Positions 53,255 to 64,000 of a DNA stretch of 64,000 nucleotides are shown one piece after another; the first letter of the stretch is position 1; the number at the start of each line of letters is the position of its first letter. The notes under the pieces were generated by a model. That model had not been told where the DNA came from. It searched no databases and saw only the letters and a list, made by a program, of their open reading frames with translations. The position numbers were made by a program, and so were the translations under genes. Origin of the DNA: Bugula neritina (taxonomy: Eukaryota > Animalia > Bryozoa); NCBI GenBank assembly GCA_964035545.1, contig OZ037766.1, positions 7,864,722 to 7,928,721 on the forward strand, written 5' to 3'.

Positions 53255-54152
53255 GCCGTTCATCACAACACATTGTACATATAACTCATGACCTTTCAGT
53301 ACCATCTGAAAGGGAATACCACCAGCTGCCTTTGATGAGTTTATTCTACTGCATTGTACCTTTTGATATTTAGTTACTAGACTTTTAGTTTAGTTGCTAG
53401 TAGTTGTTTATATGTTACTACTTGCAGACATTAGACAATAATCACTTTTACAATCAAATCCTATGTTAACCTATTATTTCATTATTACAATCTGTTGAGA
53501 ATTGCACTTTTTACATGCATGAACTGTTTTTTTTATCAATTCTGGTGCTAAACATTTTTTACGATAAGTTTTATAATTGAATACTATATTTGATTGCATT
53601 TGTTATTTAAATACAATATTGAGTATATGAACTAGCTTCTTCATTTCCTTTCTCTCCAGCACTTTCCCCAATGCCATCTTTAAAATTGGATCAGTGTTTT
53701 TATTTCAGGTTCACAATACTAATGCAACTTCTTTTTTTATAATATTCTTGAACATCAAATTGCAGTTGTTTCAATGTTAGTTTTATAAAGGTGTCTTTGT
53801 TGGTGTACTCTTAATATTGAGAAGAAAAAATTGGCACAGGCCCATAGGTTTGTATAAAAAAAGTTCCTTCTGGACACATTATATAATATTGGTGGCATAA
53901 TTTGAAGGTCAATTCTATATCAGCATATATTCAAGCAATATAATAACTAGTATAATTTTATTAATGAAGTTTATTCTCAGGTGGTGGAAACCAAGTAGAA
54001 AATAATTAAAACTATTCAAACAGCTGTAACAAGCTAATATATTGACAAATTAACAAGACGTATTAAACAACTTTCACTAGTAATTGTTAATAAAAATATT
54101 GGTAAATAAATACAATTCTGTAATATAAAATCAGCAAATAGCCTAGACTAGT

Positions 54153-56664
54153 TTAGGTGTCCCCAGAGGCAGAAGTTTTTTCTTTATATGTAACAATACC
54201 CTTTTCAATCATGTCTGGAATCTCTACTGCTAGCCATGGAGCCAACTAAAATGAAAATAGTAAAATCCAAGATATATGCACAATTCAACTGGGGTAAAAA
54301 CAAACAGCAAAAATGTGGAAGTGTAGGCTTTCACACTTAAAACAAGATTGCTTGGGAAAGAAACCCAAAAGAGCCTCAAATAATTCAATGGAGTAAAATT
54401 GAAACTGCTTTACGGTTATGGAATGCTAGAAAATGCAACAGCAAATAACTTTAAGTAGCCATCAGAACTGAAATAGTAAAACAATAAGATACAATGTGAG
54501 CAAATACTTTTATGCTTCAAAATGGCATTTGAAATAAACCAAGGTGATTGCAAAGATTAAAGCTCATAGTTCCTCCAATGTAATTCTTCTTAGTCTAGAC
54601 TCTAGTGTATATAAAGTGGTGGATGTTAATCATCTACACAGGCCACTCTAACATGATTTATTCACGTATCTTGGGATATACGATATTTATGATCCAAGAA
54701 AATGTAATTGAAAAAGTTGTATGAAAAATACTATTTAAAAATAAACATGTTAGCATGAAAGCTTCAAAGTTTTTGACAAGGATGATTAGTTTACTTTGTA
54801 GGTAAAAAACCACCAGGTCTAGATAAAATACATCTATAATTTTTTTAATTGAAATTATTTACTAATATTGTTCTTTTCAACAAATCTAACGAGGGTAAAT
54901 ACTAAAACAACTGTAAAATGCTTACACCAAGTGCAAAGGCATGTGCTATTCCAAATTTAGGGACATTTCGTGCCCAGAGAGGCTTGAAATGATCAGTTAA
55001 ACAAATTTTTCCTCCTCTATACATCTTGGCCGTCTTCCCATCTAGTTCAGGCAAAGCTATCTCTATAGCTGTGGCAGGATACGTTACTGGAATCTAAGAT
55101 AAGTTGAAAAATTATTACAAAAGTTTTCTAAGAGTACAACAAACAGTGTGACACATTTTACGAATAAAAGTCAAAACAATTACAAATCAATGTAAAGTGA
55201 CCAAACATTTGAAAAAACAAAGTGGGCACAAAACACACTATGCCAAATTAACAAATAAGTAAACCTATCAGTTTGCCTTGTTAGAGTATACATGTAAGTA
55301 AGGTTGAGGCTAAAAATAGATGGCTGGACAACATGAAAATTTTGTATTTGTACATGATATATTTTACCACTTCAAAGGTCATGATTATTTCATACTTCAT
55401 ATTTATCTCAGACAACATCTCAGGAATATTGTAAAAAACATTAGGAAAATTTATGTAGCATCCACACATGTAAATGCACTATAAAATCTTGAGTTATCAT
55501 TTGACTTACATCAAATATGACTTCAAACTCATATTTCAATCTATCTTGTATGTGCCAGCATTTACCAAACCAGCGAGTACCTTCCTGGTTAGCTTCTAGT
55601 CGAAACCAGTCGTTATCTTCAGATTTATTCTTCTCTATGTACTGAAAATTAAATGCGAGAAAATTTCAACCAATGTCCTATAATGAAGATGCATTTAGCA
55701 AGTAAATAAGGCAGATCTCAAGAATTCATATGCCAGCTAAATCTAATTTCAGATGTTTACCTGCATTGGTAAAAAAATCACTAAAGTTTTACTTAATATA
55801 TGTTTACTGGGAAAATAGAGAAAAAGTCTATGTTTTATATGAGAGATGTAACACCAAAAGCTATTTTTGTCCAACAGCTTAGATCCTCACTTTAAACCAA
55901 AACTAATTAATACAAGTGCAAAATATTTCAGCAGTTCGAACTTAATTTACTAGTTCCAGTGAAAAACATCAAATATATTGTTTCTGTTTTACCTACTTTA
56001 GAGAGTAACTATGAGACAGTGAGGAAATAGAGATGCATTTAGTTGTAAAGAGGACAACAGTATCAATCTATTGCAAAGGTAAACAAATTACATTATATTT
56101 ATTATATTTAACTGACATAATCACAATATGCATTTTGTTAATACTAAAATAATAGGGTATTAGCTATGCCTGTAATTAAACTACAATATTTTTAGTACAT
56201 CCCTACTAATATTTTCATTCTGTAATATGAATAGAAGAATATAAACTTGATATATGGATAAGCTTAGTCTAGCTTATAGTTATTATAAACTTATAATAAT
56301 TAAAAAAAAAACAAATTAACTGCTAGCATCTAATCACTCATGATTTGTCTAATGGCCATCAGCTTTAAGATTGGGATATTTTAAATGGTATTGGTTTTGG
56401 CAATTCAGTTCAGGCATCTGATATTTTTCAATCAATATGAAATTGAATATGAATATCAGCAGCTTTGGTTTGAGCTATACCTATACTTACAGTTATACTT
56501 ATTCCAATTCAATCACTCATATATAAATGTTGTTTACTCACAGCAATTAGAGACTGATACTCTTCTTTTAACCTCTGAACCCATAAGTCACCATCCCGTG
56601 GACCTGCCCGAGTTTTCAATAGAGGAATTTGACCAAGAGTTTTCTTAGTAACGGCATCAACCAT
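54153..56664 (-). CDS. UFC1: Ubiquitin-fold modifier-conjugating enzyme 1, 171 aa; exons 56664-56542, 55641-55510, 55093-54926, 54245-54153
   Basis: [40 protein letters not shown]...DNDWFRLE...GTRWFGKCW...[35 protein letters not shown]...PWLAVEIPD; TAK motif and catalytic Cys intact. Confidence 0.97.
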
Positions 56665-56870
56665 TTTAATTTTTTATTTTAACGTTCACCACAGACCTGT
56701 TACAATATGAAAACGTAAAATTTCTAACTTTTAATAGTAAACTAAGAACTTCTGATCAAGCAGTCGATAGATCAGTAAGTTTTAAACTTACAACTTTGAT
56801 GTTAACCACTTGAACTTGCTGTAAGTGTATCTTGCCAAATCTGTTTTCATACACTACATAAAGAGTTTTT

Positions 56871-56993
56871 TATAAGCAGCTCCGAGTTGGGAGTGACTGA
56901 GTGCAGTTGTTTATTATTATTGAGTTTGTAGTTGAGGTTCCGCTTTAACGCCTTTAGATTGCACTTAGCCACTCTAACTTGGAGCTGCTTATA
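56871..56993. repeat. ~35-bp inverted repeat between UFC1 and INTS12 starts
   Basis: TATAAGCAGCTCCGAGTTGGGAGTGACTGAGTGCA (56871-56905) pairs with TGCACTTAGCCACTCTAACTTGGAGCTGCTTATA (56960-56993). Confidence 0.75.
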
Positions 56994-58064
56994 GAACAAT
57001 TTTTTTTATAAACGTGTACGATAATATAGTCGCGCATTTACATTAGTAGGAGAAAATTTGTTATACTTCTGCGGCGGGCAAAATATCTGGCTCACTGACA
57101 TATCAACGTTTATTGCAATGCTTAGCCCACGTCTAAAAGTAACCCGCTAGATTTTTTTTATAAAATAACAGTAACTCCAATTAGTAACATTTTCACATTT
57201 CGCAACTTTCAGTTTTCACTGTTCTGATGTAGTAATTTACTAAATCACTATTAGTATTAGTATTACTGTTAGTATACAAATAATTATAATACTACTAATA
57301 TTACATAGCTGTAGATGTATAAATATTAGTATTACGTTAGGCTTATGATTGTTCGATTCTCTTACTTAATTTTTTTTCTTTAGTGCAAATTCCATAGTGA
57401 TGGTTGCTTTTTCTCTTTTGCTGCCAATATCAATATGAATATCAATATCAATATGAATATCAAATTCAATATGAATATTTTTTTCCCCTGTAACTTAGTG
57501 TAACTCACTAACTGTAAGTAACTCAAACTGTAAGACTAAGTCTAACTCAAGCTGTATGGCTTCAACTTAGTCTTATAAGTTATGAAATACGAGGCTCTTA
57601 CTTTACACTTGCATTCTTTACAGTCACTGTCACTGTGACTGTGTGTGTAATGTTCTTACAGTTACTGTAGCTTCTGCTGCTGGCATATTGATATTTTATT
57701 ACTTATTATTTGTGCTGCTCAGTGTTCTTGCCCATTTTAGTAGCTCAAATAATTTTTGATAGACTCCTCTAGAATTATTAAACATTTAAGACACAATAAA
57801 TTGAAGGCAGACTTTCTGTTTATAACATGCATTTTTTTGAGGAAAATTGTATCACATGAAATTGAATGTTTTGGTAATCAGAATCTTAGAAAACACATTG
57901 ACGTAGCTAAACTCGCCTTAATTTAGTATTTTTAATAAAACAAACAGTAACTTAAAAAACTGCCACTATACCTATGCATTAAATTAATGATCTATAATTT
58001 TTTACAAAATTTGCACTAAACTTTTATATTTCGAAAATTTATTTTCTAGATTTATTCTTTCAAC

Positions 58065-61000
58065 ATGGAGATTGATCCTTCTATCCAGAAAGCATTACAA
58101 CTCCTCCTTAGTCGAAAATCAGATTCAGCGGAAAAGCTTAAGCAGATGCTTTTTGAATCTCTTGGTCGCCAGTATGTTCTGCCCTCCACCTCGAAGGTGA
58201 AACTCTAAACCTGTACTGGTGATTCGTGATAATATAGTTTAAAGCTTTTTATATTTAAATTGATTGATCAGGCATATCTTTCTTTCATCATGTAAGTCAA
58301 GTCTGGCAACAAACTGCTCCACTTTATGAGCAACTTTGTACATTACTTTTGCAATCGCTATATGCCAATGTGAAGCAGGTTATATTCAAGCCTATATTGC
58401 GTATATTATATATTGTTTTATTGGATTAATATCTGTATCTTTGTATCTGATATGAGTCTTGTAAAGCATAGAAATCCTACAAACCCATATGCATGTTGTA
58501 AAATCTTCATCATGATATTTAGACAGATGCTGTATTCTACTATCAAACTTTGCCAAATGATTGTTTTTCACCTGAATTATTTTTATTCAGGTGATAAAGT
58601 TAAATAAGCAAGTTTCCGAGGATTCTGTGGAGAGTTTGGAAATCGATGATGAGGTGAGAGCTAACTTTTCTGAAAACAAAGTATCTGAACAATTCATATT
58701 TTTGGAGATTTTTAGTGAAGTAGATTCATTTGTTCTATACCACTCAACAGTAAGTACTTACATTATTGTCTCTCCACAGCCCAACGAAATGGAGGCAGAT
58801 ACTGACTGCAGTACGGAGATGGGTGCAGCTAGTAATGAGGACATTGCAGTAGATGCAGACGACTTTGCTTTCGGGCTGGGTATCTCATGTGTTATATGCA
58901 GGTGTGTCATTAGCTTTCATGCTTCAATATTTTGCTGTGGTAAGCTGTAGCAGTAGCCAAGTATTTGCTGTCACTTCTATTTATAACGTGAGATAATTTT
59001 AGAAATGTTGAATAAATTATGGAATATATTACATTTAAAGTAATATGTACATGTAAAATTATTTGTGCTTTCTACTGTCATGTTTATTATTATCACTTTG
59101 AAATACCTGCAAGTTATTTTCCAAATATTTAAATTTTATTTTTAGGCAGTTTGGATACTCCTCAGAAAACAAGTTGTTAGAATGTCAAGATTGTCATAAC
59201 CTGTACCACCAGGTATTTGACTTACTTTAAGTGTGTGCTAGTGTGTATGTGTTCACTTGATATATGATTATATGCTTAGTAATAATGCAGTGATAAGCTT
59301 ATAAACATAAAATATAAATATTGATCACCTATAAAGTTTAGCTGCTAAAATATTAATATTTATATTTGTACACACTTCATTAGCTGCCTTATTTATTAGC
59401 TTACACTTTTTCTAAATTTTTTTATTATTTTTTAACTTATAGTTTTCTTGGTATAAGATTAAACTTCAGTACAGTCTGGCTAGCCATTAAATACATAGTT
59501 CTAGTTTTGTGGTTATTAAGAGCAATAATTATTGATGTCATATCCGGTAGCTTATCAATCTATGCTTTAAGGGTACTCTTGTAGATGTGTCACAAGCCGG
59601 CAGTCAGCGAAGAACAAGTTGCTGATGACTCAAAGTTCACTTGTTATAAATGCTCCTCTGATGCCTCTAAGAAGGTAATTCAAGCATTTCTCAACATTGA
59701 CATGCTCTGTTGTAGTATCTATTTTTGAAGATTGAAACATTTCAAAAAATTGTTCTTATTTCCATTGATAACTATTGGTGGTTTGGTTGGTTTTATAATG
59801 TATATACTGTATGATTATGTATGGAGGTAGTGCTGACGCAGAAATTAAAAAATCCATGTTTTTGTTTCCTAATTATAAATTTTTTTCAATAAAACCTAAA
59901 TTATGGTGAATACTGTTTAGTTTTTAAAGTCATTGCGAATATTTGGCTGCAAATTGCTCTTGGAATATTTATTAGATTAAAGGGAGCTCATCTAATGAAA
60001 CACCTGGTGAAGCTATCAAAAAGACAGAGAAAAAGGTACCTTACGGAATATGAAAAAGTCCTTGGGTTCATTTAATTTTTCACAAATCCTAAATATATTC
60101 AATAATTAATTACACTTCATCTTTGTGTACATAAAATGTGTTGATATTTTTTATTTTATTCATTTGTTAAATATTTTAATAACATTTCTGTATATTTCTA
60201 GGATATTAATAACCCTTTTCATATTATATGCCTCAACTCACATATAACTTGTGCATTCACAGACTGAAAAATCATCCAGTGATAATTCTAAAGATAAAAA
60301 GTTGAAATCTGACAAGAAATCAAAAGAAAGATCTGGTGATAAAGCTAAAGGTTATTATTGTTGTTATATTTTAGTAACGTACTACGAAAATGCCATGGAG
60401 TTTAGTTTTCTAAAGCACTGTATAAATGTACCAACTAAGGAAATTTAAAGTGCCCTTTGTCTTATAAGCTATAATAGTTTTGATAATTCTCTTTAGCTGG
60501 CCATTTAAGATAAGTAGTGGTTCATTCACATTGTAGTATACTCTTATTCAACAAGACCCACATTTTCTGGTCTAAAACCTAGGTCGGGTAGTAAATTAAA
60601 TGTTGTTTTTAAAGCAAGCAATTGGAATAAGATGCATTTCCGAACATAATCAGTGGCTCTGGAGTGTATATCAACTGAGCATGAGATGTTATACTATTTT
60701 AGTTTATTTCCTCTAATTTTTTATTGAAAGAATAATATTAAATATTAATTCAGCCTACTGATAATTGTAATTTTGATAAGTTTTACCGTGAAATGCTGTA
60801 AATATAGGTGAGCCAGAAAAAGAGAAAGTGAAGAAACACAAGAGCTCTGATAAAGAGTCTAAGTCAGAGAGTGGCAGCAGAAAGGTCAAAACTGGCAGCA
60901 AATCTGGTGAAGTGAGTAAGTCATCTAGTTCTAGTGGGAAAACTGGAACTAGTTCAAGTAGCAGTAGCAAAGATAAACATAAGCAGAGCTCATCAAGTGG

Positions 61001-61079
61001 CGGTAGTGAACTCAAACATAAGCGCTCTGAAGATAAGGAGAAGAAAGCTAAAAAGTTGAAGAAAGAAAAGTCTGAGTAG
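58065..61079 (+). CDS. INTS12: Integrator complex subunit 12 (PHD finger); exons 58065-58196, 58591-58653, 58780-58901, 59146-59212, 59585-59674, 59976-60035, 60263-60350, 60808-61079
   Basis: N-terminal EIDPSIQKALQLLLSRKSDSAEKLKQML, then ADDFAFGLGISCVICRQ...LLECQDCHNLYHQMCHKP...CYKC PHD finger, and an S/K-rich tail. Confidence 0.9.
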
Positions 61080-62940
61080 AAGCAGTAATGCATTGTTACT
61101 TCCACTACATATTTTATCATATATTTTACCTGTTGTTTAGTATTTATGGTTTTTATCCATCTTTTAATATACAATATGAATTTTAATTAATGTTATTTTT
61201 AGTTTGCTTTCAAATAAATTATACCAAAATACTCTTGCCGAATTATGCATTCTCAAACTTTTCCTATTTGAAAGAAAGGTTTTCACTTGATATATGTTCT
61301 ATGAAATGCTTGTTTATTGTCGAAAAAATTTAGTTTCGCATCTCTATTTTTCTTTATGTAGTTAAGCTGTAAAACTCTAACTAGTCATATAACTTCATAT
61401 CTTTCAGTAGAGGTTAAACCACTGACTACGTAAACAGCTTGTTTTAAAATTTAGATTAGGTATGTTTGGACAGCATTGAATTTGACAAACTATTAACAAG
61501 TTTTCAAAGCTACGCCAAAAGTGGGTTAACTATCATAGTGATGTAACGTAATTATTTCTATCTAGTAAGGTTGTATAAGAATATCCCACCACAATCATAA
61601 TATTATGTTTAAAAATACTAATCTTTAAGCAAAAATCGAAAGCATTGTATATTTAGAAAATTTGAAAGCTTTGAAGCATTCTAATTGATAATCCCACCTA
61701 TATCGATCTAATTATTTTAAATTATTATTACTCAATGTGCATTTGGTACAGTGAATCAATCCACTGAAGATCCCATACCAGCTGTTATAAAAAATATTCT
61801 GCCATACATTTTTACTTGTATGATTAATGATTTATAAGACTTTGTTTCAATAGCATATTTAAGTTTAACTATTTGAAAAAGTTGAGCAAACTCAACAGTA
61901 TTTTAGAACTCTAGATTTTTCTTTTACTTTAAAAAATAGAATTTATGGTAAAAAAATATAAGAAAACAGTAGTTTCAATGTTTATGTTGGTAATTCGAAA
62001 GAGCTTTGATATTTTATTTGAATGTCTTTTGCCAAGCCTAGCACTTCTTGCATTTTTAAACTTTATCAATTCTAACCAGGATGAAGTTTTGTACCTTGTG
62101 AGAATATATTTTATAAGAAAATGACGATATTGAAAAAATATTATAATGAGCTCACGTGACACCTTTGCCCTCCTGTAACCTGAAATTCATTGTCTTCTGC
62201 ACGTATCTTTACTTAAAGTGGATTCAGTAAATCTAGCTTTGTAATCGTATAAAATAGAGTTATGAGACAGAAACTTTTTATATATTTTTATCCTATTAGC
62301 AGCTCATTAACCTTATAGTAAAATTTTCCGCATAGCATAAAGCTAGCAACACCCTAGGGTGATATAATGTGGTCAATGGTATTTTAAAATGCAGTGTGTG
62401 TATTGATTCCAATTTCCATTACAACAGTGGCTTGAGGTTATGTTTGCTCTTAGTGCAAATATTATGCTTTAGTTCCCATCCTACTTGATGATGGCAATGC
62501 CCGCACAATAAAAGTTGCATGTGAGGTTTTGACAAACAGAATGTTGTCATATGAATAAAAATATATAGTTTGCTAGAAAACTTTAACTTTCCTAAATATT
62601 TTAGCATAAACATTTTAAACTGAAATGTTGATTATATTATTTATATATAAAAAACTATGTTTCAATGTGCTTTTAAAACAGCTTGCACATGCATGTGACC
62701 AGCAGTGGTTTGATCCATTGCAGCAAATTATGCATACTTATTAATATTGGCAATCTAAAAGTAGTTATATAATAATATAGATAATAGAAGATATTATTCT
62801 CTATTAAAAATGTTGGAATTTGAAATATATCCATCTACTAATGTTTTAGATTTTTGCATAAAGACAAATATTTTTGAAGCATAATGACTTTAGTGTGATT
62901 TCTTTATCTTTTCACTTAAATGAACTTTTTCATTTAAAAC

Positions 62941-64000
62941 ATGGATCATTGCATACGCTCAATTAATTACCCATATTATTCACTCGGCTCTCCTGGATGT
63001 TGCTCAAGCAGCAATGGGGACACTATATGTGTAAGTAAAAATTTGGACACAACCATGAAAGAAAAACTCTCAGATTTCTTCTCTGGCTTGTCTACTGGCA
63101 ACGTAACTATAGTCCAAAAAGTGGAAAAAATGGTACATGAACAGAGAAGTGAAATTGAATTGCTCAATGCACGAATCAACTCATTGAATCGACAAGTTAG
63201 CAGACAGAAAGAATACTATACCAAGAGAGAAAGCATAATTAAAGAAATGTATGAAGAGGAATTAAGCATGATCGAGAGTGCGCATATTTCCTGTAATAAC
63301 AGTGAGCACTGTGAAGTCCTTCATTTCAAAAAGACAGCTCATCAAGTCGTAAAGTCATCAAGTTTTGTAATTGGAATACCGACCCATGGTAACAGTCACC
63401 ATAGTGAACCTGCTTTAAGTTTAGCTTCTCCGAAATGTGATGCCAGCACAAGCACAGAGGTACCAGGTGTAAGCTCTGCCTGTTCAATGCCTAAACTTGT
63501 GGATGCATCGTGCTCCATGTTGGCTATCAACGACAAGGAAATGGTGTCTAAATGTGTTCAAAAAGATCTAGTCACATCTCCTCAGGCAAAGTCTGTTTTA
63601 GGTAAAACTTTGGCAGCAGATTATCTAACATGTGGAGATGACTCTCCACTGAAACCGATTGGTGATAAATTAACAAAACAGTTGAATAAAGAGCTGAATG
63701 ACGACAAGGCATTTTATGAGGTGGAAAAGTTGCATGGGAAAACCCAATATCTTTATAGAAAGCTGAACGTCGTTCTTAAGGAGCTTTGTGAAAATACTGG
63801 TAAAATATGTACAACAGACCTGGAAGAAACAGAAAAATTGAACATCAAAAGAGAGAAGAAGTGGAAAAAGAGAAATAATCATACAGCAATATCTCTACAT
63901 GCAAAGAGTGATGCATTGAAAGCACCACTTTCGAGTAGAAGAAATGATTTAGAGAAAAATAGTAAAAATATTAAGTTTACAAATAATTCTAAAGAACCTC
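62941..64000 (+). CDS. Unidentified ORF/large exon, at least 353 codons, open to the window edge; N-terminal coiled coil
   Basis: ATG at 62941 with no stop through 64000 in AT-rich DNA (MDHCIRS...VQKVEKMVHEQRSEIELLNARINSLNRQVSRQKEYY...). Absent from the ORF track because there is no stop in the window. Confidence 0.7.
   Translation, partial: MDHCIRSINYPYYSLGSPGCCSSSNGDTICVSKNLDTTMKEKLSDFFSGLSTGNVTIVQKVEKMVHEQRSEIELLNARINSLNRQVSRQKEYYTKRESIIKEMYEEELSMIESAHISCNNSEHCEVLHFKKTAHQVVKSSSFVIGIPTHGNSHHSEPALSLASPKCDASTSTEVPGVSSACSMPKLVDASCSMLAINDKEMVSKCVQKDLVTSPQAKSVLGKTLAADYLTCGDDSPLKPIGDKLTKQLNKELNDDKAFYEVEKLHGKTQYLYRKLNVVLKELCENTGKICTTDLEETEKLNIKREKKWKKRNNHTAISLHAKSDALKAPLSSRRNDLEKNSKNIKFTNNSKEP

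Overview
AT-rich, intron-rich animal genomic DNA, probably an invertebrate; the species cannot be determined from the sequence. Host genes reconstructed exon by exon: 3' end of PRPSAP (+), CFAP53 (-), SKA1 (+), a small CD225/dispanin (IFITM-like) gene (+), IMMP1L (-), calumenin/reticulocalbin (+), UFC1 (-), INTS12 (+), and an unidentified ORF that runs off the right edge. One CFAP53 intron (5122-24910, ~19.8 kb) holds two related full-length Ty3/Gypsy LTR retrotransposons (A 5282-12732, B 13734-23857). B sits inside a long-TIR foldback element and is itself interrupted by a CAC...GTG DNA transposon, forming a three-level nest. Main candidate for an undescribed system: both Gypsy elements carry a third ORF after pol. 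It is not env-like. It encodes an acidic N-terminus, C2H2 and CCHC zinc fingers, a PxVxL (HP1-ligand-type) motif, a basic patch and a coiled coil. Both elements also conserve a textbook spliceosomal intron (CAG|GTAAGC ... CTAAC ... polypyrimidine TAG) whose removal joins the end of the pol/integrase frame in-frame to the zinc-finger module. All alignments and translations were done by eye; novelty has not been checked against databases.
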